Positions 47,313 to 58,116 of a stretch of DNA of 64,000 nt are shown here, piece by piece (the first letter of the stretch is position 1; the number at the start of each line of letters is the position of its first letter). Origin of the DNA: an uncultured delta proteobacterium (GTDB lineage: Bacteria; Desulfobacterota; Binatia; UBA9968). Position numbers and translations under genes: made by a program. Location of the stretch: positions 320,001 to 384,000 of the forward strand of contig CAWFJP010000005.1 in assembly GCA_963816145.1 (NCBI GenBank), read 5' to 3'. The notes beneath the pieces are model-generated. The model was not told the DNA's origin. It worked only from the letters and a program-made list of their open reading frames with translations, and ran no database searches.

Positions 47313-48062
47313 CTAGGTTGACGCATGGCGCCGGGCGGCTCGCGCAACCAAAGCGGAAAAGATCTGCCTCTGATGGCGATTGCGCGCCGCAAGTACTTCC
47401 GGGTGCCACTGCACGCCGAGGACAAAGCTATGACCGGTGCTTTCGATGCCTTCGACGATGCCGTCGCCCGCGGTGGCGTTGACGATCAATCCGCGGCCTA
47501 AAGTTTTGACCGACTGGTGATGTGTCGTACTGACCTCGGTATGACTGAGCCCGACAATGTTTCCCAACAGGGTGCGCGATTGGATCGTGATGTGATGGCC
47601 GCGCTTTACGGCTTTTTTGCTTTGCTGGTGTTCCTGGGCGTTCGGCACTTGAGTGGCGATGTCTTGGTAAAGGCTGCCGCCCAGGACGACGTTGATCGCT
47701 TGGGCGCCGCCGCAGATGCCTAAGACCGGTAGATCCTGTTTCAATGCCGCGGCAGTGACCTGCAGCTCGAAAGCGCTGCGCTCGGCTTTGATCCTGCCGA
47801 GAGCCGCGATCGGTTTTTCGCCGTAATAACTGGGGTGGATATCGAAATTGCCGCCGCTTAGTACGACGCCATCGAGGCGCGCCAAGAGGCGGCGAATCGC
47901 GCTACTCGAGAGCATTGGCGGTAAGATTAGCGGAATTGCCCCCGCATTAGCGACTGCTCTGACGTAGCGTTGGGCAAGAAAGTAGAGCGGTTCGCGGTTT
48001 TCGCGCCGGTCGGCGTTTGAAGTATCAGAAGTGATGCCGATCAGCGGAGCCGGGTTTGTCAT
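47313..48062 (-). CDS. Peptidase C26 / gamma-glutamyl-gamma-aminobutyrate hydrolase (PuuD-like)
   Basis: PLIGIT, LSGG..DI.P..YG, LGICGG, HHQ, VQWHPE. Confidence 0.88.
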   Translation of the reverse strand: MTNPAPLIGITSDTSNADRRENREPLYFLAQRYVRAVANAGAIPLILPPMLSSSAIRRLLARLDGVVLSGGNFDIHPSYYGEKPIAALGRIKAERSAFELQVTAAALKQDLPVLGICGGAQAINVVLGGSLYQDIATQVPNAQEHQQSKKAVKRGHHITIQSRTLLGNIVGLSHTEVSTTHHQSVKTLGRGLIVNATAGDGIVEGIESTGHSFVLGVQWHPEVLAARNRHQRQIFSALVARAARRHAST

Positions 48063-48067
48063 TTGGG

Positions 48068-50134
48068 TCAGGGTTCGTACAGACGCTTGTAGATGCGGTG
48101 GTTACGCAGAACTAGTTTAACATAGCCGCGGGTTTCGATGTAGGGGATTCTCTCGACGAACTCTTCGATATCGTCGGTGGCGATCTCGCGCTCCCAACGG
48201 TCGACTGCCGCTTCACCGGCGTTATAGGCGGCTATCGCTTTGAACCAGTTATTCGAGTAGCGCTGCAGCAGATCTTTCAAATACTGGGTGCCGAGCGAAA
48301 TATTTAGTTCGGGATCGAACAATTTCTCCTGTGTCGGCGCCGGCAGGCCAAGTTGTTTGGCGACCCGGGCGGCCGTCGGTGGTATCAATTGCATGAGTCC
48401 CAAGGCGGTCGCCGGCGACCGGGCCCGGGCGTCGAACAGGCTCTCTTGGCGGATTAGTGCCAGGATCAAATGCGGATCGAGGTCGCGCTCCTGGGCCTTT
48501 TGTTGCACGAGTTCCCAATAGGCCAACGGATAACGATAGAAGTTGCGCTCGCTCTGTGAAATCGGCAGCTGGTTGGCGAGGTTAAGGCTTCGACCGTAGG
48601 CTTGATTGGCGAAGTACTCGCGCATCAAAAGCGGCTGCAACCGGCTCTTGGGATTGGCGCGCTGGTTTACTCGATCGAGCTCTGCCACTGCCAAGCCATG
48701 GAGTCCCAGGACGGTCAGTTCGCGCGCGCGGCTCAGGTGAAAGTTGACCTCAGCGCCGAGGGCAGGCTCGGCCTCCGAGCCGGCGCTGGGTTTTGCCAGA
48801 TCCGCTTCTTGCATCGGGCTGCCGAGCCGTTCGAGGGCGCGTTGCGATAGGGTTTGATAGTAGGACTCCTCGCCGCCCTTGAAAATTTGCCGATAAATCT
48901 GTTTGGCGCTATCGGTGTCGCCGAGCTTTTCCGCACTGCGTGCTTGCCAATAAACCGCTGCGGTGCCGAAGGTGCCACTGCGTGACTGCGCCGCCAGCGC
49001 CTTGAAGGTGGTCAGTGCCGCCGGCCAGTCGCCGCTCCGGTAATGGAGCCAGGCCAAGCGCCAGACGGCGTCGTCGCGGACGCTGCTGTTGGGGAATTGC
49101 TTCTGCACCGTGGTATAAAGCTCGATCGCTTCGGATTTTCTGCCGAAGTACTCGTGGATGTCGCCTGAGGCGAAGGTAGCGCGGTCGGCATAGGCGCTGC
49201 TCGGGTAGCGCTGCAACAGCTGCTTGAAATACTCGAATGCCTGGGCGTTCTCATGGCGATTCCACAGCGTTTGACCGATCTGATAGAGCGCTTTAGGCGC
49301 CTCGCTGCTGTCGGGAAAATCTCGGACGATCTGCTCCAGCACCGGGGTCGCTTCGTTGCGGCTGCGGATGGCGGCTAACTTGGTCAATACGCGCAGGCGT
49401 TGGTCCGGATCGGTGGCGCTGTCCAAGACACGTTTGTAAAGCGCATCGGCGTCCTTGAATTGCCGTTCGCGCGCCAGGCGATCCGCTTCATCGGCGAGCG
49501 CGGCAAGGGTATTCAAGGCAAACTGTTCGGGATACCTATCGCGCAACCGGGTCTGATCCTTGCGCGCCAAGCCGGCCCACGGTGAAGTGGGACTGTTGCC
49601 GCGCAATTCCTGGTAACCGTTGTAGGCGCGTTGTAGATCGCCTTGGACCTCAAAATTCTGCGCCAGCAAATAACTCGCCTCGTCGGCGATATCCCTTAAT
49701 ACCGATTTGTCGGCACGCAGTTGGCGCAGGATTTCGTTGGCTTGGGCGAATTTTTTCTCAGCTTGGTCGAGTTTCGCCCGTTGCAAAGTCGCTCGTGCTT
49801 GCCAGACCGATTGCGGGAAGCGCTGCTTGAGTTGCAGTAAGTACTGGCGCGACTGCTCCATATTGCTTTCTTTGAACGCGATCAGCGCCAAGTAATACAG
49901 GCTATAATCGCTGAGTTGGTAGCTGGTCTCTAAGGTCTTTTGAAACAGTTCTGTGGCTTGACTTGTGTTGCCCTGATTGTAGAGCGAGTAAGCTTTTTGG
50001 AATGCATTGCGCCCGTCGTCGCCTTGGGCGTTGAGCCTGGCCCATGGCAGAAAGAGCAGAATTAACAGGGCGCATGCCGAAAGTTTCTGCTGCATTGGTG
50101 ATTTAAGTGTAAACAAGCGCACGCTTCGATGCAA
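48068..50134 (-). CDS. TPR-containing soluble lytic murein transglycosylase (Slt-like)
   Basis: TPR repeats then IRQES, GLMQ, AYNAG, ETRGYV; true start probably ~50095. Confidence 0.9.
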   Translation of the reverse strand: MHRSVRLFTLKSPMQQKLSACALLILLFLPWARLNAQGDDGRNAFQKAYSLYNQGNTSQATELFQKTLETSYQLSDYSLYYLALIAFKESNMEQSRQYLLQLKQRFPQSVWQARATLQRAKLDQAEKKFAQANEILRQLRADKSVLRDIADEASYLLAQNFEVQGDLQRAYNGYQELRGNSPTSPWAGLARKDQTRLRDRYPEQFALNTLAALADEADRLARERQFKDADALYKRVLDSATDPDQRLRVLTKLAAIRSRNEATPVLEQIVRDFPDSSEAPKALYQIGQTLWNRHENAQAFEYFKQLLQRYPSSAYADRATFASGDIHEYFGRKSEAIELYTTVQKQFPNSSVRDDAVWRLAWLHYRSGDWPAALTTFKALAAQSRSGTFGTAAVYWQARSAEKLGDTDSAKQIYRQIFKGGEESYYQTLSQRALERLGSPMQEADLAKPSAGSEAEPALGAEVNFHLSRARELTVLGLHGLAVAELDRVNQRANPKSRLQPLLMREYFANQAYGRSLNLANQLPISQSERNFYRYPLAYWELVQQKAQERDLDPHLILALIRQESLFDARARSPATALGLMQLIPPTAARVAKQLGLPAPTQEKLFDPELNISLGTQYLKDLLQRYSNNWFKAIAAYNAGEAAVDRWEREIATDDIEEFVERIPYIETRGYVKLVLRNHRIYKRLYEP

Positions 50135-50288
50135 TCGGCGCCTAGGTAAAAGCGCACCGTCTTTCGGACGCGCTGGCTCTGTTGTGTTTTCGCCGGATGA
50201 ACGTTATGTTTTTCGCCAAACTACGTTTCTGGTCAGCGATGGGTACCGGACGAAATCGGGTCATCTCGGTTAAGGAGGCAGGCCTAAC

Positions 50289-50720
50289 TTGAAGATCGAA
50301 GGCAGTTACATGTTCAATGCGCCGCGGCAACGGGTCTGGGAGCTACTGCTCGATCCCAAAATCATGGCTCAGTGCATGCCGGGTTGCGAAGCGATGAATG
50401 AAGTGGCGCCAGACCATTATGAGACCGTGATGAAGGTCGGGGTAGCTTCGGTCAAAGGGACCTACAAAGGCAAAGTTGCCATCAAGGACAAACAGCCGCC
50501 GGCGCATTACGTCTTGAGCGGCGAGGGGTCGGGTGGCCCGGGTTTCATGCAGGGAGATGTGATTATCGATCTCGAAGAGAGTAACGGCCAGACTAAGCTC
50601 AAATACACCACCGAGCCGAAAATTGGCGGGCTCATCGCCAGCGTCGGCCAGCGCATGCTTAACGGCGTCGCCAAAATGATGGCCGACCAGTTCTTCAAAA
50701 AGGTCGAGAGCTTTATCTGA
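50289..50720 (+). CDS. coxG: CoxG / SRPBCC family protein
   Basis: VWELLLDP....CMPGCE, GG.IASVGQRM. Confidence 0.8.
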   Translation: MKIEGSYMFNAPRQRVWELLLDPKIMAQCMPGCEAMNEVAPDHYETVMKVGVASVKGTYKGKVAIKDKQPPAHYVLSGEGSGGPGFMQGDVIIDLEESNGQTKLKYTTEPKIGGLIASVGQRMLNGVAKMMADQFFKKVESFI

Positions 50721-50767
50721 ATCCTTTTCGCGATCCTGTATTCGTCGTTTCAAGCAAGAAGATTCCC

Positions 50768-51673
50768 ATGGTACCCAACGTCAGCGTGATTATTCCCACT
50801 TATAATCGTTGGCCGATGGTGGGCGCGGCGGTTGCGTCGGTACTGGAGCAGAGCCATCGCGACTTCGAGCTGATTGTTGTCGACGACGGCTCGACCGATG
50901 CGACTTCCGTGGAGTTAGCTAAGTTCGGCGCGCAGTTACGTTATTGTCGCCAAGATCGAGCCGGGGTGTCGACGGCGCGTAATTTGGGTGTGCGCCAAAG
51001 CCGCGGCCGGCTAATTGCGTTTCTCGATTCCGACGATCTCTGGCAACCCGACAAACTCAAGATTCAGGTGCACTTCATGGAGAGCTCTCCGGAAGTACAG
51101 ATTTGCCAAACCGACGAGGTTTGGTTCCGCCATGGCGTCCGTGTCAATCCAGGGATCAAGCACCGTAAACCGTCTGGTGATATTTTTGACCGTAGTCTCG
51201 ACCTCTGTTTAGTCAGTCCGTCGGCTGTGATGCTGACCCGGGAAGTGTTCGATCGCAGCGGCGGCTTCGATGAATCTTTACCGGTCTGTGAAGACTACGA
51301 CTTGTGGCTGCGCATCGCTCGGGATTATCCGGTGGCGTTGATCGAGCAGCCGTTGGTCGTCAAGCATGGTGGCCATGCCGACCAGCTGTCCCATTCGCTG
51401 TGGGGAATGGATCGCTATCGCGTGATCGCGCTGCAAAAGCTTTTGCGCGCCGGCATCGCCGGCGTGCAGCGTGCTGCGGTGCTGCGGGTCTTGCACAACA
51501 AGGTCGCTGTGCTCGTCCAAGGGGCGCGCAAGCGCGGCAAAGTGGCAGACGCTGAACGCTACCTGGCGATTCTCAGCGAGTTTGCCGGGGAGATTGGCAA
51601 TGTCGGAGAGCGCGTTCCGCAGTTTCGCGGCGTCCAAGGGCTTCCGTGCGCCGACGCTCAGCCGCTGGCTTAG
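50768..51673 (+). CDS. Glycosyltransferase family 2
   Basis: VSVIIPTYNR, VVDDGSTD, FLDSDD, EDYDLWLR, GGHADQLS. Confidence 0.9.
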   Translation: MVPNVSVIIPTYNRWPMVGAAVASVLEQSHRDFELIVVDDGSTDATSVELAKFGAQLRYCRQDRAGVSTARNLGVRQSRGRLIAFLDSDDLWQPDKLKIQVHFMESSPEVQICQTDEVWFRHGVRVNPGIKHRKPSGDIFDRSLDLCLVSPSAVMLTREVFDRSGGFDESLPVCEDYDLWLRIARDYPVALIEQPLVVKHGGHADQLSHSLWGMDRYRVIALQKLLRAGIAGVQRAAVLRVLHNKVAVLVQGARKRGKVADAERYLAILSEFAGEIGNVGERVPQFRGVQGLPCADAQPLA

Positions 51674-52151
51674 TTGGCAGGCGGCGGACCGCACGGCGCT
51701 GGCCAAACTGGCTTTGGACCTCAAACTCGGCGAGAATCATTTCCGCGACTTGATGGATTGGAGCGAGGAAATCGCCCTGCGCGATGGCACCGCCATCGCG
51801 GCAATCATCGCCGGCAAAGCCGTCGACGATATCGCCACCGATCCGCGCCTTGGCCGTGCCGACAAGGTGAAAAGAATAAAGGAAAGCCTCAGACGATTGC
51901 GCTTTCCGCGCTTGACCCGGACCGAAGATGAAATCCAGGGTAAGATTCACGCGCTCAAGCTGCAACCGGAGATTCGCGTGACCGTGCCGTCGGGTTTGGA
52001 GGGCGGCAGATTGCAGATCGAGTTTAGCGTGACAAATCAGCAGGATTTCAAGCGGCTGGCCGACAAGTTAGGGGCGGCGGCCGAAAGCAGTGTTACCGGC
52101 GAGATTTTCACGCTGTTGGGTCAGACTTCGAGCCCTACAGAACCAGCTTAG
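51600..52151 (+). CDS. Hypothetical helical protein between GT2 and the SPL-like gene
   Basis: Likely start ATG 51600; LRRLRFPRL motif; abuts the radical SAM gene. Confidence 0.65.
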   Translation: MSESAFRSFAASKGFRAPTLSRWLSWQAADRTALAKLALDLKLGENHFRDLMDWSEEIALRDGTAIAAIIAGKAVDDIATDPRLGRADKVKRIKESLRRLRFPRLTRTEDEIQGKIHALKLQPEIRVTVPSGLEGGRLQIEFSVTNQQDFKRLADKLGAAAESSVTGEIFTLLGQTSSPTEPA

Positions 52152-53264
52152 TTGACCGCAGACTTGATGCAAAATTTTCAACCCGAAGAAGTGATCGTCG
52201 AAGGCGATTCCGTAGGCAGCCCGATCTATCAAAACTTGCGGCGCGCTTTGCCGCAGGTGCCCTTTCGTTTTGTCGACGACATCGCCGCAAAGAATGGCGC
52301 TTTAAGCGGTTTAGGCGACTCCTTCGGGTCGGCCAAGAAAAGGCTTTATTTGGCCAAGCACAAGGGTGAGTTTTTAAAAAAATGTCCCGGCAGTGAGGGG
52401 CAGGTCTGCTGCAACTATTTCGTCATCAATTTCGCCAGCAATTGCCCGATGGATTGCAGCTACTGCTATCTGCAAGAGTACCTGGCTGATAATGCTGCGT
52501 TGAAAGTCTTTAGCAACGTCGGTGACTTGATCGACGAAGCCGACGCAACGTTAAAAAAACATCGCGGGGTGTTTTTTCGTATCGGCACCGGCGAGATCAC
52601 CGATAGCTTGGCATTGGAGCCCTATACCGGCATGGTGCGCGAGATCTTGCCGTACTTTGCCGAGCAGGCCAATGTTCTCTTGGAGCTCAAAACCAAGAGC
52701 GACTGTGTCGACACTTTGCTCGATCTTGATCCCAAAGGGCGCGTGGTGGTGGGTTGGTCGATGAATCCGCAGCGGGTAATCGATGCCGATGAACACGCCA
52801 CGGCTTCCTTGACTGCGCGCTTGAACGCGGCGCGCCGTGTCCAAGATGCCGGCTACCGGCTGGGCTTTCATTTCGACCCGATGATTGAGTATTCGGGATG
52901 GGAAATCGATTACTGTGCCATGCTAGAGCAAACCTTCGCGACCATCGATTGGCGCAAGCTCTCGTGGGTGAGCTTGGGGGTATTACGCGATACGCTGGGA
53001 TTGAAGCGAACCATGCGTGAGCGCTTTCCGCGCAGCCAGCTGCTGACCGGCGAGCAGGTTCTCTGTCCCGACGGCAAGCTTCGCTACTATCAGCCGTTGC
53101 GGGTCGCCATGTACCGTCAGATGGTCGGTTGGATTCGCCAAGCTGCGCCGACGGTGAAGATCTATCTCTGTATGGAAAGTCGCGAAGTGTGGGAACAAGT
53201 ATTCGGTTATGCGCCGTCCTGTGAAAAAGAGCTGGGCAATCAGCTCGGGAATTTAGGATTTTAG
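52152..53264 (+). CDS. Spore photoproduct lyase-like radical SAM protein
   Basis: CPG...CCNY, CPMDCSYC (CxxxCxxC), TGE.TDSL, ELKTK, HFDP, YLCME. Confidence 0.85.
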   Translation: MTADLMQNFQPEEVIVEGDSVGSPIYQNLRRALPQVPFRFVDDIAAKNGALSGLGDSFGSAKKRLYLAKHKGEFLKKCPGSEGQVCCNYFVINFASNCPMDCSYCYLQEYLADNAALKVFSNVGDLIDEADATLKKHRGVFFRIGTGEITDSLALEPYTGMVREILPYFAEQANVLLELKTKSDCVDTLLDLDPKGRVVVGWSMNPQRVIDADEHATASLTARLNAARRVQDAGYRLGFHFDPMIEYSGWEIDYCAMLEQTFATIDWRKLSWVSLGVLRDTLGLKRTMRERFPRSQLLTGEQVLCPDGKLRYYQPLRVAMYRQMVGWIRQAAPTVKIYLCMESREVWEQVFGYAPSCEKELGNQLGNLGF

Positions 53265-53364
53265 ATTTTTGATTTTCGTTTGGCGGAATATTCTGCGGAA
53301 TTGACTTATGTCCTCTCCTGAATCCAAAATCGGCAAGGGGCTCCGCGGAGCAAAATCCAAAATG
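53251..53364. repeat. Palindromic 7-nt periodic ATTTTxG / AATCCAA element
   Basis: ATTTAGG ATTTTAG ATTTTTG ATTTTCG ... AATCCAA AATCGGC ... AATCCAA AATG. Confidence 0.75.
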
Positions 53365-54159
53365 GCCAGAGACAGCGCCATCGGGGTTTTCGACTCGGGC
53401 ATCGGCGGGCTCACGGTGTTACACCAGATCATCGAGGCGATGCCGCGGGAGAACACCGTTTATTTGGGCGACACGGCACGGTCCCCCTACGGCACCAAGT
53501 CGGTGGAAACCGTCATGCGCTACTCGTTCGAGAACAGCGAGTTCTTGGTCGAGAAGGGCGTCAAATTGGTGGTCGTCGCTTGCAACACCTCGACGGCCAT
53601 TGCTCTCAGCCGCTTGCAAGAGAGCCTATCGGTGCCGGTTATCGGCGTGATCGAGCCCGGCGTACGGCGGGCGATCAGGTGCACCAAAAACAAAAAAGTC
53701 GGCGTCATCGGCACTGAGGCGACGATCCAGAGCGGCGCCTATACCCGTGCCTTGAAAGCGGCCGACCCGAAGTTAGAAGTTTATAGCCGGGCCTGCCCGC
53801 TGTTCGTGCCGCTGGTCGAAGAAGGCTGGACCGACAACGCGGTGGTCGAGATGACCGTGAAGGCTTATCTAGGCAGTCTCAAACAGAGCGGCATCGACAC
53901 TCTGGTCTTGGGCTGCACCCATTATCCGTTACTGAAAAAATCGATCCGAAAGTTTCTCGGCAGCGCGGTAAATCTAGTCGATTCCGCCGAGGAGACCGCC
54001 GGTGAAGTGGCGGTGGCGCTCAGGAAGCGGGCGAGCGGGCGCAAGACCGGCAAGGGTATTCATAGCTTCTTTGTCACCGATGCGCCGGAGCGCTTTGTCA
54101 AAGTCGGCCGGCGCTTTCTCGGCGAAAACGTCGAATCCGCCGTGCGCATTGAACGCTAA
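53362..54159 (+). CDS. murI: Glutamate racemase
   Basis: FDSGIGGLT, GDTARSPYG, VACNT, LGCTHY. Confidence 0.95.
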   Translation: MARDSAIGVFDSGIGGLTVLHQIIEAMPRENTVYLGDTARSPYGTKSVETVMRYSFENSEFLVEKGVKLVVVACNTSTAIALSRLQESLSVPVIGVIEPGVRRAIRCTKNKKVGVIGTEATIQSGAYTRALKAADPKLEVYSRACPLFVPLVEEGWTDNAVVEMTVKAYLGSLKQSGIDTLVLGCTHYPLLKKSIRKFLGSAVNLVDSAEETAGEVAVALRKRASGRKTGKGIHSFFVTDAPERFVKVGRRFLGENVESAVRIER

Positions 54160-54276
54160 GCTACCGGGACCTCCAATAACACCTTTAAGTCTCGTGCAGA
54201 GTCATGTATTTTGCTAGTATCCTTAGCGGCCAAATGGCTCCTCCGTGTCCACCAAATCCGGGAGTAAATTTCTAAA

Positions 54277-57200
54277 ATGTGGGATTTTATTAAAAAGATT
54301 GTCGGCACTAAAAATGACCGCGAGATCAAACGTATTCGTCCCTACGTTGATGAAATCAATAAACTCGAGCCGGAATACCAGCGGCTGAGTGACGGCGAAC
54401 TCAGAGCGAAAACCGATCAGTTCAAGCGCCTGCTCGCCGAAGCTACGGCGACTTTGAAAAGCGAGTTGGAGGAAAGCCAAAATCGCGCGAGTGTCGCCGA
54501 ACCCGAGGAGCGCGAGGAACTGAAAACTCAAGCCGAGGATCTCGACAAGGAACTACGCCGAAAAGAGGCGGAAATCTTAGATCAGCTCTTGCCAGAAGCT
54601 TTTGCCGCGGTGCGCGAGGCTTCGCGTCGCACCATCGGCCTGCGTCATTACGATGTCCAGTTGATCGGCGGTGCGGTGCTCCACTCGGGTAAGATTGCCG
54701 AGATGAAGACCGGTGAGGGCAAGACTCTGGTCGCGACCTTGGCGCTCTATCTCAATGCGCTCACCGGACGCGGCGTGCACTTGATTACCGTTAATGACTA
54801 TTTGGCGCGGCGCGATGTCCAGTGGATGGGGCCGATTTACCATAAACTCGGTTTGACCGCGGCGTCGATCGTTCATGAGGTCAGTTACCTTTTCGATCCA
54901 ACTTACCTGACTAAAGACTATCGTTTCATCAACCTGCGGCCGATCTCGCGCCAGGAAGCTTATCAGGCCGATATTACCTACGGCACCAATAACGAATTTG
55001 GTTTCGATTATCTGCGCGACAACATGAAGTTCTCCCTGGAAGAATATGTCCAGCGCGAGCTCAATTTCGTTGTCGTCGACGAGGTCGACAATATTTTGAT
55101 CGACGAAGCGCGCACGCCGTTGATTATCTCCGGGCCGGCCGAAGAGTCGACGGATAAGTACTACCTGATCGATCGAGTGATTCCCAAGCTTCAACGGGGC
55201 GCGGTGATCCAGGGCGATCCATCGCAGGAAGACCGCGCTGCCATCGAAGCCAAGGGCGATTACACGGTCGACGAGAAAAGCCGCTCGGTGACTTTGACCG
55301 AAACTGGTGTGGCCAAAGTTGAGCGGCTGCTTGGCGTTCACAATCTCTACGACCCGCGCCAGATCGATACGCTGCACCATGTGCAGCAAGCTCTCAAAGC
55401 GCACGCGATTTTTAAGCGCGATGTCGATTACGTCATCAAAGACGGCGAAGTGATTATCGTCGACGAATTTACCGGCCGTTTGATGCCGGGGCGGCGTTGG
55501 TCCGACGGTTTACACCAGGCGGTGGAGGCCAAGGAGCGCGTCCACATCCGCGAGGAAAACCAGACGCTCGCGACCATCACGATTCAAAACTACTTCCGCA
55601 TGTACAAGAAACTCGCGGGCATGACCGGCACGGCGGATACCGAAGCTCCCGAGTTTCAAAAAATCTATAAGCTGGACGTCACGGTGGTGCCAACCCATCG
55701 CAATATGGTGCGCCAGGATAATGCGGATGTGGTCTATCGCACCGACAAGGAGAAATTTGACGCCGTGGTTTTGGAAATTGAGGAGCGCCACAAGAAGGGA
55801 CAGCCGGTTTTAGTCGGCACGACTTCGGTGGCCAAGTCGGAGAAGCTGTCGCAACTGCTCAAGAAGAAAAACATCAAGCACAATGTTTTGAACGCGGTCA
55901 ATCATGAGGCTGAAGCGAGCATTATTGCTCAAGCCGGGCGCTACGGCGCGCTCACCATCGCCACTAATATGGCCGGCCGCGGTACCGACATCTTGCTCGG
56001 TGGAAATCCCGAATTTCTCGCCCGCTCGGATATGGAAAACGAATGGATCAACCGGGCATCGAAATTGCCGTTACAGGGCGCCGCCCGTTATGAGGACTCT
56101 CTGCGCGAATTGCGCGAGAAGTACGACGAGGAAGTCCAGCGGGCGGAGAAAAAGTTTCTCAAGGACAATGGGATCTTCGATCAGCAGCGCAGCGAATCCT
56201 TGAAGCGAACCACGGAGTTGCAGCGCGAGATCCGCGGCGCCTCGCCCTTCGCCGAGGCCAGAGAAAAGTACGAGGATGTCTCGGCAACCCAATTGATCGA
56301 GGCGCTGCACAGCTCGCGGCCGATTCCGGAAAGTTATTTGCGGGCGAAAAACAATTTCGAGGGGACGGTGCTCGCCGCGGCCGAAAGCCAATCGGTTGCC
56401 TTGCCGGATGAATTTATCGAAACCAAGAACGAGTTCGACGCCACGTTGGAACGCTGGCATCAAAAGCCCGAAGAACGCAATGACTTGATCGATTTGCTCG
56501 ACGAGAGGCGGCGAGTCTATGAACAGCGATTGATCGATCTGGAATTCGACCGCGCGAAGGCCGCTCTCGCTCGGGGTGAAATGGCCGCGACGGTTAATGA
56601 GTATGAGCAAGCGCACAGGGCATTCGAGGAGGCCGAGGTGCGCTGCGAGGAGATTCGCCTGCCCTACGAAAAAGCCATCCAGGATGCGCAACAAAACTAT
56701 GAAACCAAGCGCCAGGAATATCTGCGCATGGTCGAGGACATTCGCGAGCAGCTGGAAAAAGCGCCAGACGAATACCGTCAGCGGTTCGATGAGATGCTGG
56801 CGCGGTACAATACGGTTTGCGCCGAGGAAAAGGGAAAAGTGATCGCTGCCGGTGGCCTGCATATCCTTGGCACCGAGCGCCATGAAAGCCGGCGCATCGA
56901 TAATCAGCTGCGCGGCCGCGCCGGCCGCCAAGGCGATCCGGGCTCGTCGCGTTTTTATCTGTCCCTCGAAGACGATCTCATGCGTATCTTCGGCGCTGAC
57001 CGGATTCAAGGCATTATGAGCCGGTTGGGTATGGAAGACGGCGAGCCCATCGAGCACGGCCTGGTCACCCGCGCTATTGAGAACGCCCAGAAAAAAGTCG
57101 AAGCGCACAACTTCGATATCCGTAAGCACCTTTTGGAATATGATGACGTCTTAAACAAACAACGCGAGGTGATTTATGGTCATCGGCGCGAAGTCCTCAA

Positions 57201-57876
57201 GGGCGAAACTTTGAAGGAACAAGTGACTGAGTGGGCGGACGAGCTCGCCGACGAGGTCATTGGCCGCTGCGTCGACAAGGATCGCCATCCTTCGGAGTGG
57301 GATTGGAACGCGTTGCGCGAGGGAATGACCCATCAGTTCAACATACGTCCCGAATTCGCCAATGACGAAATCGAAAATGTAACCGAGGAGCAGCTCTCAG
57401 AAACGCTTCATCAGAAAATTCTCGATAAGTACGATGAGAAAGAGCAGCGGTTCGGTGAGCCAATGCTGCGCCAGTTAGAAAAAATAATCATGTTGCAGAC
57501 CATCGATACACTCTGGAAGGATCATTTGCTCAGCATGGACCATCTGAAGGAAGGCATCGGGCTACGCGGCTACGGTCAGAAAAATCCTTTGCAAGAGTAT
57601 CAAAAAGAGGGCTACGACATGTTCGAGGACATGAATCACCGTGTTCAGGAAGATGTCGTGCAGAAGCTTTTCACAGTTGAGTTAGCGCGGGAAAATGCTC
57701 CACAGGAGATCGCCGTGGAGCAGCCGCATCCACAACGCATGGTTCTAAGCCATGGCCGGGACCCGATCGCCGCCCAACCGAACGTCGCACCCCATCGTGA
57801 GGCCGCGAAAGTCGGGCGCAACGATCCTTGTCCTTGCGGCAGCGGCAAAAAATATAAGCGATGTCATGGCAGGTAG
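54277..57876 (+). CDS. secA: Preprotein translocase ATPase SecA (1199 aa, large inserts)
   Basis: [75 protein letters not shown]. Confidence 0.97.
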   Translation: MWDFIKKIVGTKNDREIKRIRPYVDEINKLEPEYQRLSDGELRAKTDQFKRLLAEATATLKSELEESQNRASVAEPEEREELKTQAEDLDKELRRKEAEILDQLLPEAFAAVREASRRTIGLRHYDVQLIGGAVLHSGKIAEMKTGEGKTLVATLALYLNALTGRGVHLITVNDYLARRDVQWMGPIYHKLGLTAASIVHEVSYLFDPTYLTKDYRFINLRPISRQEAYQADITYGTNNEFGFDYLRDNMKFSLEEYVQRELNFVVVDEVDNILIDEARTPLIISGPAEESTDKYYLIDRVIPKLQRGAVIQGDPSQEDRAAIEAKGDYTVDEKSRSVTLTETGVAKVERLLGVHNLYDPRQIDTLHHVQQALKAHAIFKRDVDYVIKDGEVIIVDEFTGRLMPGRRWSDGLHQAVEAKERVHIREENQTLATITIQNYFRMYKKLAGMTGTADTEAPEFQKIYKLDVTVVPTHRNMVRQDNADVVYRTDKEKFDAVVLEIEERHKKGQPVLVGTTSVAKSEKLSQLLKKKNIKHNVLNAVNHEAEASIIAQAGRYGALTIATNMAGRGTDILLGGNPEFLARSDMENEWINRASKLPLQGAARYEDSLRELREKYDEEVQRAEKKFLKDNGIFDQQRSESLKRTTELQREIRGASPFAEAREKYEDVSATQLIEALHSSRPIPESYLRAKNNFEGTVLAAAESQSVALPDEFIETKNEFDATLERWHQKPEERNDLIDLLDERRRVYEQRLIDLEFDRAKAALARGEMAATVNEYEQAHRAFEEAEVRCEEIRLPYEKAIQDAQQNYETKRQEYLRMVEDIREQLEKAPDEYRQRFDEMLARYNTVCAEEKGKVIAAGGLHILGTERHESRRIDNQLRGRAGRQGDPGSSRFYLSLEDDLMRIFGADRIQGIMSRLGMEDGEPIEHGLVTRAIENAQKKVEAHNFDIRKHLLEYDDVLNKQREVIYGHRREVLKGETLKEQVTEWADELADEVIGRCVDKDRHPSEWDWNALREGMTHQFNIRPEFANDEIENVTEEQLSETLHQKILDKYDEKEQRFGEPMLRQLEKIIMLQTIDTLWKDHLLSMDHLKEGIGLRGYGQKNPLQEYQKEGYDMFEDMNHRVQEDVVQKLFTVELARENAPQEIAVEQPHPQRMVLSHGRDPIAAQPNVAPHREAAKVGRNDPCPCGSGKKYKRCHGR

Positions 57877-58022
57877 TATCTGCTGGGTGTGATGCTGATC
57901 ACTTCCCAATCCCTCTGGCGGTGCCGCTTAGGGTGTGACGAAAGGTTTTTAGATTGCGAGACCTTAGGCGCGATTTGAGGACAGGCGCCGCGTAGCGGGG
58001 TCGGTAATAGCGGGAAACGAAC

Positions 58023-58057
58023 AAGGCCGGTTGTCTCAATCCAGACAACCGGCCTTT
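58023..58057. terminator. Stem-loop/terminator between convergent genes
   Basis: AAGGCCGGTTGTCT-CAATCC-AGACAACCGGCCTT, 14-bp perfect stem. Confidence 0.75.
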
Positions 58058-58116
58058 GCTATGATTGAGGCATTGATGTGGGTTGGTTTTGCAATTTCGC
58101 CTCGATTGACTCCGTT

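Noticed and set aside
15662-50720. Sec read-through at other TGA stops (15664, 18630, 22745, 33690, 40056, 50720)
   Set aside because: These proteins already look complete at the stop, and I saw no Sec motif context or convincing in-frame continuation.
56008-56850. Intein in SecA
   Set aside because: No N-terminal Cys/Ser block, no C-terminal His-Asn and no LAGLIDADG motif; composition is coiled-coil-like.
23393-57129. Long antisense/alternate-frame ORFs (e.g. 23393..24334, 27148..27993, 44001..44867, 56071..57129)
   Set aside because: They are shadows of well-supported genes in GC-rich DNA, with no recognisable motifs.
57915-58010. Possible ncRNA or repeat remnant after secA
   Set aside because: It resembles one end of a repeat element, but there is no second copy or partner end in the window to support a call.
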